This document shows, in pieces, positions 29,753-38,952 of a stretch of DNA of 64,000 bases. Position 1 is the stretch's first letter. Each line of letters opens with the position of its first letter. Both the position numbers and the translations under genes were made by a program. Origin of the DNA: Bacilli bacterium (GTDB lineage Bacteria; Bacillota_I; Bacilli_A; RF39; UBA660); assembly GCA_017438635.1 (NCBI GenBank), contig JAFRUZ010000016.1, forward strand, positions 8,627 through 72,626. Reading direction: 5' to 3'. The notes beneath the pieces are model-generated. The model had not been told where the DNA came from. It searched no databases and worked only from the letters and a program-made list of their open reading frames with translations.

Positions 29753-30532
29753 ATGGGGAAAGTAATTTCGTTAATAAACCAAAAGGGTGGAGTAGGAAAA
29801 ACAACGACCAGTATTAACTTAGCGGCATCACTTGCACTTTTAGGAAAAAGAGTATTATTAATAGATTTAGATCCACAATGTAATGCGACAACAGGAATAG
29901 GTTTGAATAAAGGTGATATAGAAAAAAGTATTTATAATGTTTTTAATGGAACATCAACAATAGAAGATGCAATAGTAAAGACAAAATATAAAAACTTATA
30001 TGTTTTACCAGCAAATATAAATTTAGCAGGAATTGACATTGAATTAGAACAGTCAAGAGAATACACAGGAGTATCAAAAGCGGAAAGACTAAAAAAACAC
30101 ATAGATAAGATTAGAGACAACTATGACTACATATTAATTGATTGTCCTCCAGCACTTGGAATAATCACAACAAACGCTTTAACAGCATCAGATTCAGTAA
30201 TAATTCCAGTACAATGTGAATTCTTTGCACTTGAAGGAATAACACAATTATTAAAAGCAATAATGTATACACAAGCAAATCTAAATCCAAACTTATCAAT
30301 AGAAGGGGTACTTCTAACAATGCTAGATGCTAGAACTAATTTAGGCCTTGAAGTAGTTGAAGAAATAAGAAGCTACTTTAAAGATAAAGTATATAACACA
30401 ATAATTCCAAGATTAATCAGATTAACAGAAGCACCATCACACGGAAAACCAATTGTGGCTTACGATCCAAAATCACGTGGATCTGAAGCATATTTAAATT
30501 TAGCGAAAGAGGTGATATTAGCAAATGAATGA
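29753..30532 (+). CDS. parA: Chromosome partitioning ATPase ParA/Soj
   Basis: 259 aa; the deviant Walker A NQKGGVGKTTT. Confidence 0.95.
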   Translation: MGKVISLINQKGGVGKTTTSINLAASLALLGKRVLLIDLDPQCNATTGIGLNKGDIEKSIYNVFNGTSTIEDAIVKTKYKNLYVLPANINLAGIDIELEQSREYTGVSKAERLKKHIDKIRDNYDYILIDCPPALGIITTNALTASDSVIIPVQCEFFALEGITQLLKAIMYTQANLNPNLSIEGVLLTMLDARTNLGLEVVEEIRSYFKDKVYNTIIPRLIRLTEAPSHGKPIVAYDPKSRGSEAYLNLAKEVILANE

Positions 30533-31400
30533 ACAACCTAAAAGAAGAGCATTAGGACGCGGGCTTGAAGAATTATTTAATATTGAGGACATAAACTACG
30601 ACAAAATAGAAGAAAAAATAATGGAAACAGCTGATGAAAGCGAAATTAAAGAAATTCCAATCGAAAAACTAAGAGTAAATCCATATCAACCAAGAAAAAC
30701 ATTTAATGAAGAATCTCTTAGAGAACTTGCAGAATCAATAAAAGAACATGGAGTAATACAACCAATAATAGTTAAAAAGAGCATAAAAGACTATGAAATA
30801 GTTGCAGGAGAAAGAAGATATAGAGCTTCAAAACTTGCAGGTAAAACAACAATTCCATGTATTATAAGAGATTTTACTGATGAACAAATGATGGAAATTG
30901 CGGTTCTTGAAAACTTACAAAGAGAAGATTTAAACTCTATAGAAGAAGCTTTAGGTATAGAAGCACTGATGAGAAATTTAAATTTAACTCAAGAACAAGT
31001 AGCAAAAAGAATAGGAAAAAGTAGAAGTTACATAACAAATATGTTAGGACTTTTAAATCTTCCTGCAGAAGTAAAAGAATTAGTAAAAAAAGGAAAAATA
31101 TCAACAAGTCATGCTAGAACATTATCAAAAATAGAAGACAAAGAAAAAATAGTAGAACTTGCTGATAAAATAGTAAACGAAAACTTAAATGTAAGACAAA
31201 TAGAAGAAGTATCAAAAGAAACTCCAAAAAGAGTAAAACAACAACATACAGAAAAAAATAGAGAATATCAACAATTAGAACAAGAATTAACAGATTATTT
31301 AGGAACAAGAGTAAAAATAAAGAATAAAAAGATAGAGATTAATTATGAAAATGACAATGATTTAAACAGAATACTAGAAATAATTAATTTTAATAAGTAG
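30525..31400 (+). CDS. parB: Chromosome partitioning protein ParB/Spo0J
   Basis: 291 aa; N-terminal RALGRGLEELF, GERRYRA box, HTH KSRSYITNMLGLLNL...ISTSHARTL; overlaps the parA stop. Confidence 0.95.
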   Translation: MNEQPKRRALGRGLEELFNIEDINYDKIEEKIMETADESEIKEIPIEKLRVNPYQPRKTFNEESLRELAESIKEHGVIQPIIVKKSIKDYEIVAGERRYRASKLAGKTTIPCIIRDFTDEQMMEIAVLENLQREDLNSIEEALGIEALMRNLNLTQEQVAKRIGKSRSYITNMLGLLNLPAEVKELVKKGKISTSHARTLSKIEDKEKIVELADKIVNENLNVRQIEEVSKETPKRVKQQHTEKNREYQQLEQELTDYLGTRVKIKNKKIEINYENDNDLNRILEIINFNK

Positions 31401-31410
31401 GTGATTAAAA

Positions 31411-32202
31411 ATGGATATAAAATCCTTTTTTGAATATTTTGTTAAACATAATTATCATTTAATAATAATATATATAATAGTTGGTTACATAGTTTATCAA
31501 ATCCTAAGTAAAGTGATAAAAAAAGGAACAAGTAAAATAAAAACAAAAAGAGGGGCAACAATAGCAACCATAATAAAACATATTTTAAAGTATGCTATAG
31601 CAATAATAGTATTAATAGCGATATTAAATGAACTTGGAATAAATGTAACAAGTATGCTTGCAGGAGTAGGAATAATTGGTGTAGTTATAGGTTTATCTCT
31701 TCAAGATATAATGAAAGACTATTTAGTAGGTTTTTCAATAGTTTTTGAAGAACAATACGATGTTGGAGATTACGTAGAAATAAATGGTCATGCAGGTACA
31801 ATCAAAAAACTAAACTTAAAAACAACTACAATGCAAACATTTGAAAATGTAATAATAACAATCCCTAACAGAATGGTAACAGAAGTAATTAACTACTCAC
31901 AAAAAAATCTAAATTTATTAGTAAGTATACCGATGCCATACGATGTAGAGACAAAAAAGGCAGACAAAATAGTAGAAAGCATTGCAAAAAGATTAGAAAA
32001 AGAAGAAGATGTTACTGATAAAGTAGATATATTATCCTTTTGTTCATTTGAAGATTCTTACATAAAATATAAAATAGGTATACCAGTAAAAAACGAAGCA
32101 CAATTTGAAATGAGAAGAAAAGCAAATAGAATAATAAAAGAAGAATATGATAAAGCTGGCATATCAATACCATTCAACATAATAGAGGTAAAAAATGGAT
32201 AA
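31411..32202 (+). CDS. Small-conductance mechanosensitive channel (MscS family)
   Basis: 263 aa; three N-terminal TM segments and the MscS beta domain VGDYVEINGHAGTIKKLNLKTTTMQTFEN. Confidence 0.8.
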   Translation: MDIKSFFEYFVKHNYHLIIIYIIVGYIVYQILSKVIKKGTSKIKTKRGATIATIIKHILKYAIAIIVLIAILNELGINVTSMLAGVGIIGVVIGLSLQDIMKDYLVGFSIVFEEQYDVGDYVEINGHAGTIKKLNLKTTTMQTFENVIITIPNRMVTEVINYSQKNLNLLVSIPMPYDVETKKADKIVESIAKRLEKEEDVTDKVDILSFCSFEDSYIKYKIGIPVKNEAQFEMRRKANRIIKEEYDKAGISIPFNIIEVKNG

Positions 32203-32380
32203 AAACTATAGTTTAGGAACAAAGGTAATAATGAAAAAAGCACATCCTTGTGGAACAAACCTTTGGGAAATAGTACGACTTGGAGCAGATATAAAACTAA
32301 AATGCATTAATTGTGGCAGATTAGTAATGATACCAAGAGTAGAATTTAATAAAAAAATAAAAAAAATAGTAGAGGAGTGA
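32195..32380 (+). CDS. DUF951-family small protein
   Basis: 61 aa; KKAHPCG...W...R.GADI.L.C..CGR pattern; typical position upstream of ychF. Confidence 0.65.
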   Translation: MDKNYSLGTKVIMKKAHPCGTNLWEIVRLGADIKLKCINCGRLVMIPRVEFNKKIKKIVEE

Positions 32381-32383
32381 ATT

Positions 32384-33979
32384 ATGGCTAAGAGAAAAAA
32401 AATAAAAGAACTTAAATTACATCCGATAACAAGTTATATTATTATGATAGCAGTGATAATACTACTAAGTGCAATTTTATCTTTATTTAAGATTTCTGCA
32501 TCATACGATAGTATAAACTTAAATACTAATGAATTAGAACAAACAATGAAAACAGTTAAAAATATGTTATCTTATGATGGAGTAAAAGCCATGATAAGTA
32601 ACGCATCGTCAAATTTTGTAAGTTTGACTACTGTAAGTACATTAATAATAACATTAATAGGAATAAGTGTTGCAGAAGAAACAGGATTAATTCAAACATT
32701 TATGAAAAAAAGATTAACTAAAATAAATCCTAAAATTATAACCTTTTTATTAATTCTAATAGCAGTATTTTCAAGTATCGTAAACGAAGTAGGTTATGCA
32801 GTACTAATACCTTTGGGAGCACTTCTATTCTTGTTTAACGGAAGAAATCCTCTCGCAGGTATTGCAGCAGCATTCGCAGGAGTAGCCTTTGGATATAGTA
32901 TTAGTTTCTTTGTAGGATCAACAGATATGTCACTAATTCCATATACTCAAAGTGCTGCAAAATTAATAGATGAAACATTCTATGTAAAAATGACGTCTAA
33001 CTTATTTATAATGATCTTCTCAAGTATCATAATATCAATAGTAGGTACAATTATAACAGAAAAATATGTAGTAAAGAAAATGGGAAGATATATATCTAAA
33101 ACAAAAGATGATTTAGATAAAACAAAAGAAATAGAATACTTAGATCTTCAATATGAAGAACAAAAGAAATTAAAAGAAGAAGAAAGTGAAAAAAAGGGTA
33201 TAAAATATGCTACTATAGCAGCAGCAATAGTAGGACTAGTATTTGTTTATATGATAATCCCAGGTTTACCACTTTCAGGAGCACTACTAGACACATCAGA
33301 AAAAGCCTATGCATATCAATTATTTGGAACTAACTCTTATTTAGAAGCAGGTTTCACATATATGTTCTCATTATTTATGATGATAACAGGAATTGCTTAT
33401 GGAATAGGTGCTAAATCAATAAAAAGTGATAAAGAATTAATGGAAAAATTAAGGACAAAACTAAGCGATTTAGGAATAATACTTGTAATGGTTTTCTTCG
33501 CTTCACAATGTATAGCAATATTTAAAGAAACAAACTTAGGAATAATTATAGTGGCATTCCTTACAAATCTACTAAAAGCATTACCTTTATCAGGAATAAT
33601 ACTTGTAATAGCAGCAATGATATTAATATCATTAGCTAATTTGTTTGTACCTAGTACAATAGCAAAATGGGAAATAATATCTCCTGTTTTAGTACCAGTT
33701 ATGATGCAACTTAATATGTCACCACAATTTGCACAATTCATCTTTAGAGCAGCAGAATCAATGAGTAATGGAATAACACCTCTACTTGCATATTTCGTTG
33801 TATACATAGGTTATTTAAATATATATAATAAAGAAGAAAAAAAGGTATATGGAATAAGAGATGGAATAAAAATAATGATGCCATATTGTATTGCACTTTC
33901 GATTACATGGATTGCAATAGTAGTACTTTGGTATCTAATTGGTCTACCTTTAGGACCTTCAGTATTCCCAACATTATAA
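32384..33979 (+). CDS. AbgT-family transporter (aminobenzoyl-glutamate / antimetabolite efflux family)
   Basis: 531 aa polytopic membrane protein with an AbgT-like N-terminal LHPITSYIIM segment and overall layout. Family assignment is from memory of the fold pattern only. Confidence 0.65.
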   Translation: MAKRKKIKELKLHPITSYIIMIAVIILLSAILSLFKISASYDSINLNTNELEQTMKTVKNMLSYDGVKAMISNASSNFVSLTTVSTLIITLIGISVAEETGLIQTFMKKRLTKINPKIITFLLILIAVFSSIVNEVGYAVLIPLGALLFLFNGRNPLAGIAAAFAGVAFGYSISFFVGSTDMSLIPYTQSAAKLIDETFYVKMTSNLFIMIFSSIIISIVGTIITEKYVVKKMGRYISKTKDDLDKTKEIEYLDLQYEEQKKLKEEESEKKGIKYATIAAAIVGLVFVYMIIPGLPLSGALLDTSEKAYAYQLFGTNSYLEAGFTYMFSLFMMITGIAYGIGAKSIKSDKELMEKLRTKLSDLGIILVMVFFASQCIAIFKETNLGIIIVAFLTNLLKALPLSGIILVIAAMILISLANLFVPSTIAKWEIISPVLVPVMMQLNMSPQFAQFIFRAAESMSNGITPLLAYFVVYIGYLNIYNKEEKKVYGIRDGIKIMMPYCIALSITWIAIVVLWYLIGLPLGPSVFPTL

Positions 33980-33995
33980 TCAAGGAGGAACTAAC

Positions 33996-35093
33996 ATGAG
34001 TTTAAAAGCAGGAATAGTAGGACTACCAAATGTAGGAAAATCAACACTTTTCAATGCTATAACAAAAAAAGATATTTTAATAGCAAACTATCCTTTTGCA
34101 ACAATAGATCCAAATGTTGGAGTCGTAAGCGTTCCAGATGATAGATTACAAGCTTTAGCGGATCTTTATCATCCAAGAGAAATAAAACCCGCAACATTTG
34201 AATTCGTAGATATCGCAGGGATAGTAAAAGGAGCTTCTGAAGGAGAAGGATTAGGAAACAAATTTCTTTCTCATATTAGAGAAGTAGATGCTATTTGTGA
34301 AGTAGTAAGATGCTTTGAAAACAAAGAAATAACCCATGTTGAAGGTTCAGTAGACCCAATAAGAGATGTAGAAATAATAAATCTAGAACTTGCTTTAGCA
34401 GATCTAGAAATAGTATCAAATAGATTAGATAAAATAAGAAAAAAAGCACAGACAACAAAAGAAAAAGAAGCATTGATAGAATTAAGTGCTTTAGAAAAAT
34501 CAAAAGAAGCATTAGAAAAAAACATTCCATTAAGATTAATAAATTACGATAAAGAAGAACTATTATCGATGAAATCATTTAATCTTTTAACACTTAAACC
34601 TCATATATATATGGCCAATGTAAGTGAAGAAGATATAAATAGCGACAATGATTATGTACAAACACTTACAGAATATGCATTAAAAGAAAATTCAAAAGTA
34701 ATAGTAGTATCTGCAAAAATAGAATCAGAACTGGCAGAACTTGATGATGACGACAGAAACGAAATGTTAAAAGAACTTGGAATAGAAAAAAGCGGATTAG
34801 ATAAACTTGTAGAAACTACATATTCACTTTTAGGATTAAAAACATATTTTACAGCAGGAGAACCAGAAGTAAGAGCTTGGACATATAAAGATGGAATGAA
34901 TGCTAAAGAATGTGCTGGAATTATCCACACAGATTTTGAAAAAGGATTCATCAAAGCAGAAGTAATATCATATGACGATTTAATAGAAGCAGGGGATGAA
35001 CAAAAAGTAAAAGAACAAGGCAAACTAAGACTTGAAGGAAAAGATTACTTAATGCAAGATGGAGATATTTGTCACTTTAGATTCAATAAATAG
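33996..35093 (+). CDS. ychF: Ribosome-binding ATPase YchF
   Basis: 365 aa; [16 protein letters not shown]; TGS domain; C-terminal [10 protein letters not shown]. Confidence 0.96.
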   Translation: MSLKAGIVGLPNVGKSTLFNAITKKDILIANYPFATIDPNVGVVSVPDDRLQALADLYHPREIKPATFEFVDIAGIVKGASEGEGLGNKFLSHIREVDAICEVVRCFENKEITHVEGSVDPIRDVEIINLELALADLEIVSNRLDKIRKKAQTTKEKEALIELSALEKSKEALEKNIPLRLINYDKEELLSMKSFNLLTLKPHIYMANVSEEDINSDNDYVQTLTEYALKENSKVIVVSAKIESELAELDDDDRNEMLKELGIEKSGLDKLVETTYSLLGLKTYFTAGEPEVRAWTYKDGMNAKECAGIIHTDFEKGFIKAEVISYDDLIEAGDEQKVKEQGKLRLEGKDYLMQDGDICHFRFNK

Positions 35094-35126
35094 ACACAGT
35101 TAAAACAAAAACTGTGTTTTTCTTTT
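35094..35126 (+). terminator. Intrinsic terminator of ychF
   Basis: ACACAGTT-aaaacaaa-AACTGTGT followed by TTTTTCTTTT. Confidence 0.7.
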
Positions 35127-35159
35127 AAATTATGGTATCATATTAATAGGAAAAGAGGG

Positions 35160-36191
35160 ATGAATATGAGTACAACTAAAATAATGTTAGAAAAAATAAA
35201 ATCAATTAATCCAAAGAGATTAAACCTTTTAGCAGAACGTATTGCAGAAGAAAATAATAAATCGGTTTCTTTTGTAAAAAAAGATATGATAAAAAACTTT
35301 TTAAAATATAAAATTGGATATACAGATTATTTCAAAGGAAATTATATAAATTTAACAAAAGAAGAAAAGAAAAACTATGTAACATCAAAAAACTATATAA
35401 GTGTATTAGCATATTTAAATCCAAAACAATATAGAGTAATAACTTTAAATAAACTAGTTTTTAACAATTTATTTAAAGATTATTTAAAAAGAGAGTATTT
35501 AGATGTAAGAAGATCAACAGAAGAAGACATAAAGAAATTCTTAAAAAACAAAGAAAGTGTTTTTGCTAAACCAATAACAGATTTCGGAGGACATGGAATA
35601 TCTAAAATAAATGTAAAAGAAATAACAGATGTTCAAAAATTTAAACAAGAATTACTAAATAAAAAACAATATCTTCTTGAAGAAGGATTAAAACAACATA
35701 AAGTATTAAATGAAATAAATCCTGACTGTGTTGCATCTTTCAGAATAATAACTATATATCACAATGGAGAAGTATTTACTTTTGATCATGTAATTAGAAT
35801 AGGACTAGATGCAGATCCCGCTTTAGCGTGTTTTGATGGAGACATGAGAATAAATGAGGATGGAACACCAGCAAGTGGAATGTGGGATGACAATGGAACA
35901 TTATATGATAAACATCCTTTGACAGGATATGAAATAAAGAAATTAAAGAAAATACCATATGTACCTGAAGCAATAGCAATGGCTAAAGAAGCTGCAACTC
36001 TAGTACCAGAATTAAGATATATAGGATGGGATATAGCAATAACTGAAACAGGCCCAGCAATTATTGAAGGTAATGAATGCCCAAGTTATGGTCCAACTCA
36101 AAATTATATGCTAAATCCTAATAATAAAGGTCATTTAAAAGAAATAAGAGATATTATTGGAGAAGAAGAGTTTAAAAAAATAAAGTTATAA
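35160..36191 (+). CDS. ATP-grasp enzyme of the 'sugar-transfer-associated' ATP-grasp type (unknown substrate)
   Basis: 343 aa (ATG 35166 is better spaced from AGAGGG). Segments FAKPITDFGGHGI, FRIITIY and RYIGWDIAITETGPAIIEGNECP are characteristic of ATP-grasp ligases. Confidence 0.65.
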   Translation: MNMSTTKIMLEKIKSINPKRLNLLAERIAEENNKSVSFVKKDMIKNFLKYKIGYTDYFKGNYINLTKEEKKNYVTSKNYISVLAYLNPKQYRVITLNKLVFNNLFKDYLKREYLDVRRSTEEDIKKFLKNKESVFAKPITDFGGHGISKINVKEITDVQKFKQELLNKKQYLLEEGLKQHKVLNEINPDCVASFRIITIYHNGEVFTFDHVIRIGLDADPALACFDGDMRINEDGTPASGMWDDNGTLYDKHPLTGYEIKKLKKIPYVPEAIAMAKEAATLVPELRYIGWDIAITETGPAIIEGNECPSYGPTQNYMLNPNNKGHLKEIRDIIGEEEFKKIKL

Positions 36192-36209
36192 TAAAAAAAG
36201 AGGGTTTTT

Positions 36210-37397
36210 ATGGAAAAACAAGAACAATTAAGCAAAAGAATAGAAACAATAAAAATATTTATATCTCAAGTACTTGAAGGGCTTCAAAATCAAAAATATG
36301 ATACACCAGTCATAAACTTTGTATTTGATACACAAGACATAGAAGAAATAAATAGTCTTTTAAATCAAAAGTATCCGAATGATAAAAGTATAGAAAAAGG
36401 TATAAATATATTAAAAAAAGTTAATTTTGAACATCAAAACAAACAACAAGAAGATGCTATCTATATAATAGTAAAGAATTATATAGATTTTTTCCAATGG
36501 TTGGATAGAATAGTAAAAGAGTATAACAAAACAAATGAAACAATCGAAATAAAAGAATTATTACATACAATATGGTTAAGAGTAGGTTCAAATGATATAA
36601 GCAACATAAATACTTTTTTAAAAAGACAGTATAACTTCATGCAAAATGACAACTTTTTTGAATCACAACCTACAGTATTTAAAGAGTTTAAGAATTATCA
36701 AATAGTATATAATAATCAAAAAAATAATCCTTTTTATGAAACAAATAGAAAGATACAGATTTCTATAGCAAAAAAGAATAATTCGTTTAATGATTCAGTA
36801 TCAACAGCATATTATGATTTTCCATATATTCATTATGGATTAGCTTTAGAAGATAATACACCAGTTTGTTATATATATGGTATTCAAGACTATGAAAATA
36901 GAAGAAAAGATAGTACTATAAAAGAATCTTTAAGAGAAGAGAGAAAAGGTTTAAGAAACCCTTATGTATCGCCAGAATTAGTCTTATCTTTAGCATTTTT
37001 CATTGCCTTACTAGAATCAAAAGGTATAACCAAAATAAAAGTACCATTATTACAAGTTGGAAATTATGACTTTCATAAAAACATTTCAGATAAACTAAAT
37101 GATGAACTTTCAAATTATACAGAAGAAGAAATAGAAGAATTAGAACAAAATATAAAAGAAAACAAACAAAATCAAAAAACTAGTGAATACTTAGCATTAA
37201 AAGAAATAAGTAAACACTACTTGAATAAAGAAGATATCATAAGTAAAAATAAAACAGAAAGATTAATACATACATTTATGGTTATGAATGAAAAATATAA
37301 TAATATAGAAATAACAAATGCTCCATTTATAGAAGATGATACATTAACATGTAATATAATTAGACACCCAGAAAAAGTAAAAAATTCAAAAAAATAA
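36210..37397 (+). CDS. Hypothetical protein (395 aa), no recognisable motif
   Basis: RBS AGAGGG, 18 nt after the ATP-grasp gene, so probably co-transcribed with it. Confidence 0.55.
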   Translation: MEKQEQLSKRIETIKIFISQVLEGLQNQKYDTPVINFVFDTQDIEEINSLLNQKYPNDKSIEKGINILKKVNFEHQNKQQEDAIYIIVKNYIDFFQWLDRIVKEYNKTNETIEIKELLHTIWLRVGSNDISNINTFLKRQYNFMQNDNFFESQPTVFKEFKNYQIVYNNQKNNPFYETNRKIQISIAKKNNSFNDSVSTAYYDFPYIHYGLALEDNTPVCYIYGIQDYENRRKDSTIKESLREERKGLRNPYVSPELVLSLAFFIALLESKGITKIKVPLLQVGNYDFHKNISDKLNDELSNYTEEEIEELEQNIKENKQNQKTSEYLALKEISKHYLNKEDIISKNKTERLIHTFMVMNEKYNNIEITNAPFIEDDTLTCNIIRHPEKVKNSKK

Positions 37398-37417
37398 AAA
37401 AAATTTTAAAAAAAGTA

Positions 37418-37446
37418 TTGACACACATATTATAGTATGGTAAATT
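37418..37446 (+). promoter_or_regulatory. Orphan promoter-like element (TTGACA - 17 nt incl. TGg - TAAATT)
   Basis: TTGACA at 37418-37423 and TGGTAAATT at 37438-37446. No protein-coding ORF follows for ~440 bp. Confidence 0.45.
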
Positions 37447-37450
37447 GTTT

Positions 37451-37518
37451 ATAGGAATTGATTCGTTTATGTCTTATTAGTTTATCTTTTAAGATTTGAA
37501 TTAATTCCTATTTTTTTT
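37451..37518 (+). terminator. Long AT-rich hairpin (15 bp stem, ~30 nt loop) followed by T8
   Basis: ATAGGAATTGATTCG pairs with TGAATTAATTCCTAT (two G-U pairs), followed by TTTTTTTT. It could be the terminator of the upstream gene or the body of a ~70-nt sRNA. Confidence 0.5.
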
Positions 37519-37520
37519 AT

Positions 37521-37588
37521 AGAATGAGTTTGAGTTAGTTCGTTGGCAGATTTATTTGTCGACTCATAACTTAACTCGTTCTTTTTTT
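37521..37588 (+). terminator. Second long imperfect hairpin followed by T7
   Basis: AGAATGAGTT pairs with AACTCGTTCT (10 bp, one G-U), the inner TGAGT pairs with ACTCA, followed by TTTTTTT. Confidence 0.45.
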
Positions 37589-37648
37589 GTACCATTATCC
37601 ACATGAACAATAGACATTTTTTTGATTTTGTGGTATATTATTGTTATC

Positions 37649-37697
37649 AGAAGTATGACTCGTAGGGGATTGGACCCTAGTCTGAGATACTTCTTTT
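37649..37697 (+). other. Third hairpin (8 + 3 + 5 bp, loop GATTGGA) with a weak T-tract
   Basis: AGAAGTAT..GAC..TAGGG-gattgga-CCCTA-GTC..ATACTTCT followed by TTT. Confidence 0.35.
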
Positions 37698-37794
37698 ATT
37701 ATGCCAACACTTATTACTATTTATATAAAAAGCAAAATTAGTTATAATTTTGCAAAATATAAAAGTAATAAAAATATATAAATCAATAAAAAAC

Positions 37795-37823
37795 TAGACA
37801 AACATATAATTTATTGTTATAAT
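37795..37823 (+). promoter_or_regulatory. rpsF operon promoter (TAGACA - 17 nt incl. TGt - TATAAT)
   Basis: -35 at 37795-37800; extended -10 TGTTATAAT at 37815-37823. Confidence 0.6.
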
Positions 37824-37830
37824 ACAAAGC

Positions 37831-37866
37831 GAGTAAAAGAGATTTACTCCTTACTTCGAAAGAAGT
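37831..37866 (+). promoter_or_regulatory. Structured rpsF 5' leader (two hairpins), candidate S6:S18 autoregulatory element
   Basis: GAGTAAA-agaga-TTTACTC and ACTTC-GAAA-GAAGT lie between the promoter and the RBS GGAGGTG. Confidence 0.35.
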
Positions 37867-37891
37867 CATATGTCCAAAAGGAGGTGTAACA

Positions 37892-38179
37892 GTGAAAAAG
37901 TATGAAATTATGTTTATAGTTAAACCAACACTTGAAGAAGCCGCTATTAAAAAAGCTTTTGAAGACATGAAAAAGGTTTTGACTAGCAACAAAGCAAAGA
38001 TTCTTGAAGAAAAAGAAATGGGACAACGTGATTTAGCATATGAAATAAAGAAACATAAAACAGGATACTATTTTCTATTAGTTACTGAAGCCCCTGTAGA
38101 AGCTATTAATGAGTTCAACAGAATCTCAAATATTAGCGATACAGTAATTCGTACACTAATAACAAATTTAGAAAATTAA
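37892..38179 (+). CDS. rpsF: 30S ribosomal protein S6
   Basis: 95 aa, GTG start, (M)KKYEIMFIVKP... Confidence 0.95.
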   Translation: MKKYEIMFIVKPTLEEAAIKKAFEDMKKVLTSNKAKILEEKEMGQRDLAYEIKKHKTGYYFLLVTEAPVEAINEFNRISNISDTVIRTLITNLEN

Positions 38180-38195
38180 TTAAAGAGGTAAAAAT

Positions 38196-38666
38196 ATGAA
38201 TAGAGTAATTTTAATTGGAAGATTAGCTAGAGATCCAGAATTAAGATACACTTCTTCAAACATACCAACTTGTACTTTTTCTCTTGCAGTAAATAGAAAC
38301 TTTACTAATCAAGCAGGGGAAAGAGAAGCAGATTTCATTAATATAGTTGTTTGGAGAAAACAAGCTGAAAATTGTAAAAATTATTTAAATCAAGGCAGTC
38401 AAGTTGCAGTTGAAGGGCGTATTCAAGTAAGAAATTATGAAGATCAAAATGGTCAAAAGAGATACGTTACTGAAGTAATTGCAGACAATGTTCAATTTTT
38501 AGATACTAAAGCTGCACGTGAACAAAGAGTAAGTAGTAGCAGTGATATAAATCCATATAATCTTAGTGAAGCAGAAGCTCCACAAACAACTACTGATATA
38601 CCAGAAGATCCATTTAAAGACTTTGGAGAAGAAATAAAAATTGAAGAAAATGACTTGCCATTCTAA
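38196..38666 (+). CDS. ssb: Single-stranded DNA-binding protein
   Basis: 156 aa; [19 protein letters not shown]; acidic tail ending DLPF. Confidence 0.96.
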   Translation: MNRVILIGRLARDPELRYTSSNIPTCTFSLAVNRNFTNQAGEREADFINIVVWRKQAENCKNYLNQGSQVAVEGRIQVRNYEDQNGQKRYVTEVIADNVQFLDTKAAREQRVSSSSDINPYNLSEAEAPQTTTDIPEDPFKDFGEEIKIEENDLPF

Positions 38667-38680
38667 TAAGGAGGAAAAAC

Positions 38681-38896
38681 ATGGCAGAATTTTATAAAAA
38701 GAGAAAAAAAGTATGCTATATGTGTGCTGGTAAAGATATAGATTATAAAGATGTAGACACATTAAAAAAATACACTAATGAAAGAGGAAAAATACTTCCT
38801 AGACGTGTAACAGGAGCATGTGCTAAACATCAAAGACATATAGCAGCTGAAATTAAAAAAGCTCGTATGATTGGTTTATTACCATTTGTTAAATAA
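38681..38896 (+). CDS. rpsR: 30S ribosomal protein S18
   Basis: 71 aa; [26 protein letters not shown]. Confidence 0.95.
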   Translation: MAEFYKKRKKVCYMCAGKDIDYKDVDTLKKYTNERGKILPRRVTGACAKHQRHIAAEIKKARMIGLLPFVK

Positions 38897-38952
38897 TGAG
38901 GTAGAAATACTTCATTTTTTTTGATATAATATTTAGAGACGGGAGGCCACAT

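Noticed and set aside
34920-34928. Canonical DnaA box TTATCCACA inside ychF.
   Set aside because: It is a single isolated copy within a conserved coding segment ([11 protein letters not shown]) with no cluster. It is expected by chance.
37600-37655. 17-codon minus-strand mini-ORF (MSIVHVDNGTKKERVKL) in the rpsF-upstream non-coding region, as a possible type I toxin or leader peptide.
   Set aside because: It has no RBS, is not hydrophobic, and has no obvious antisense RNA pairing. There is insufficient support.
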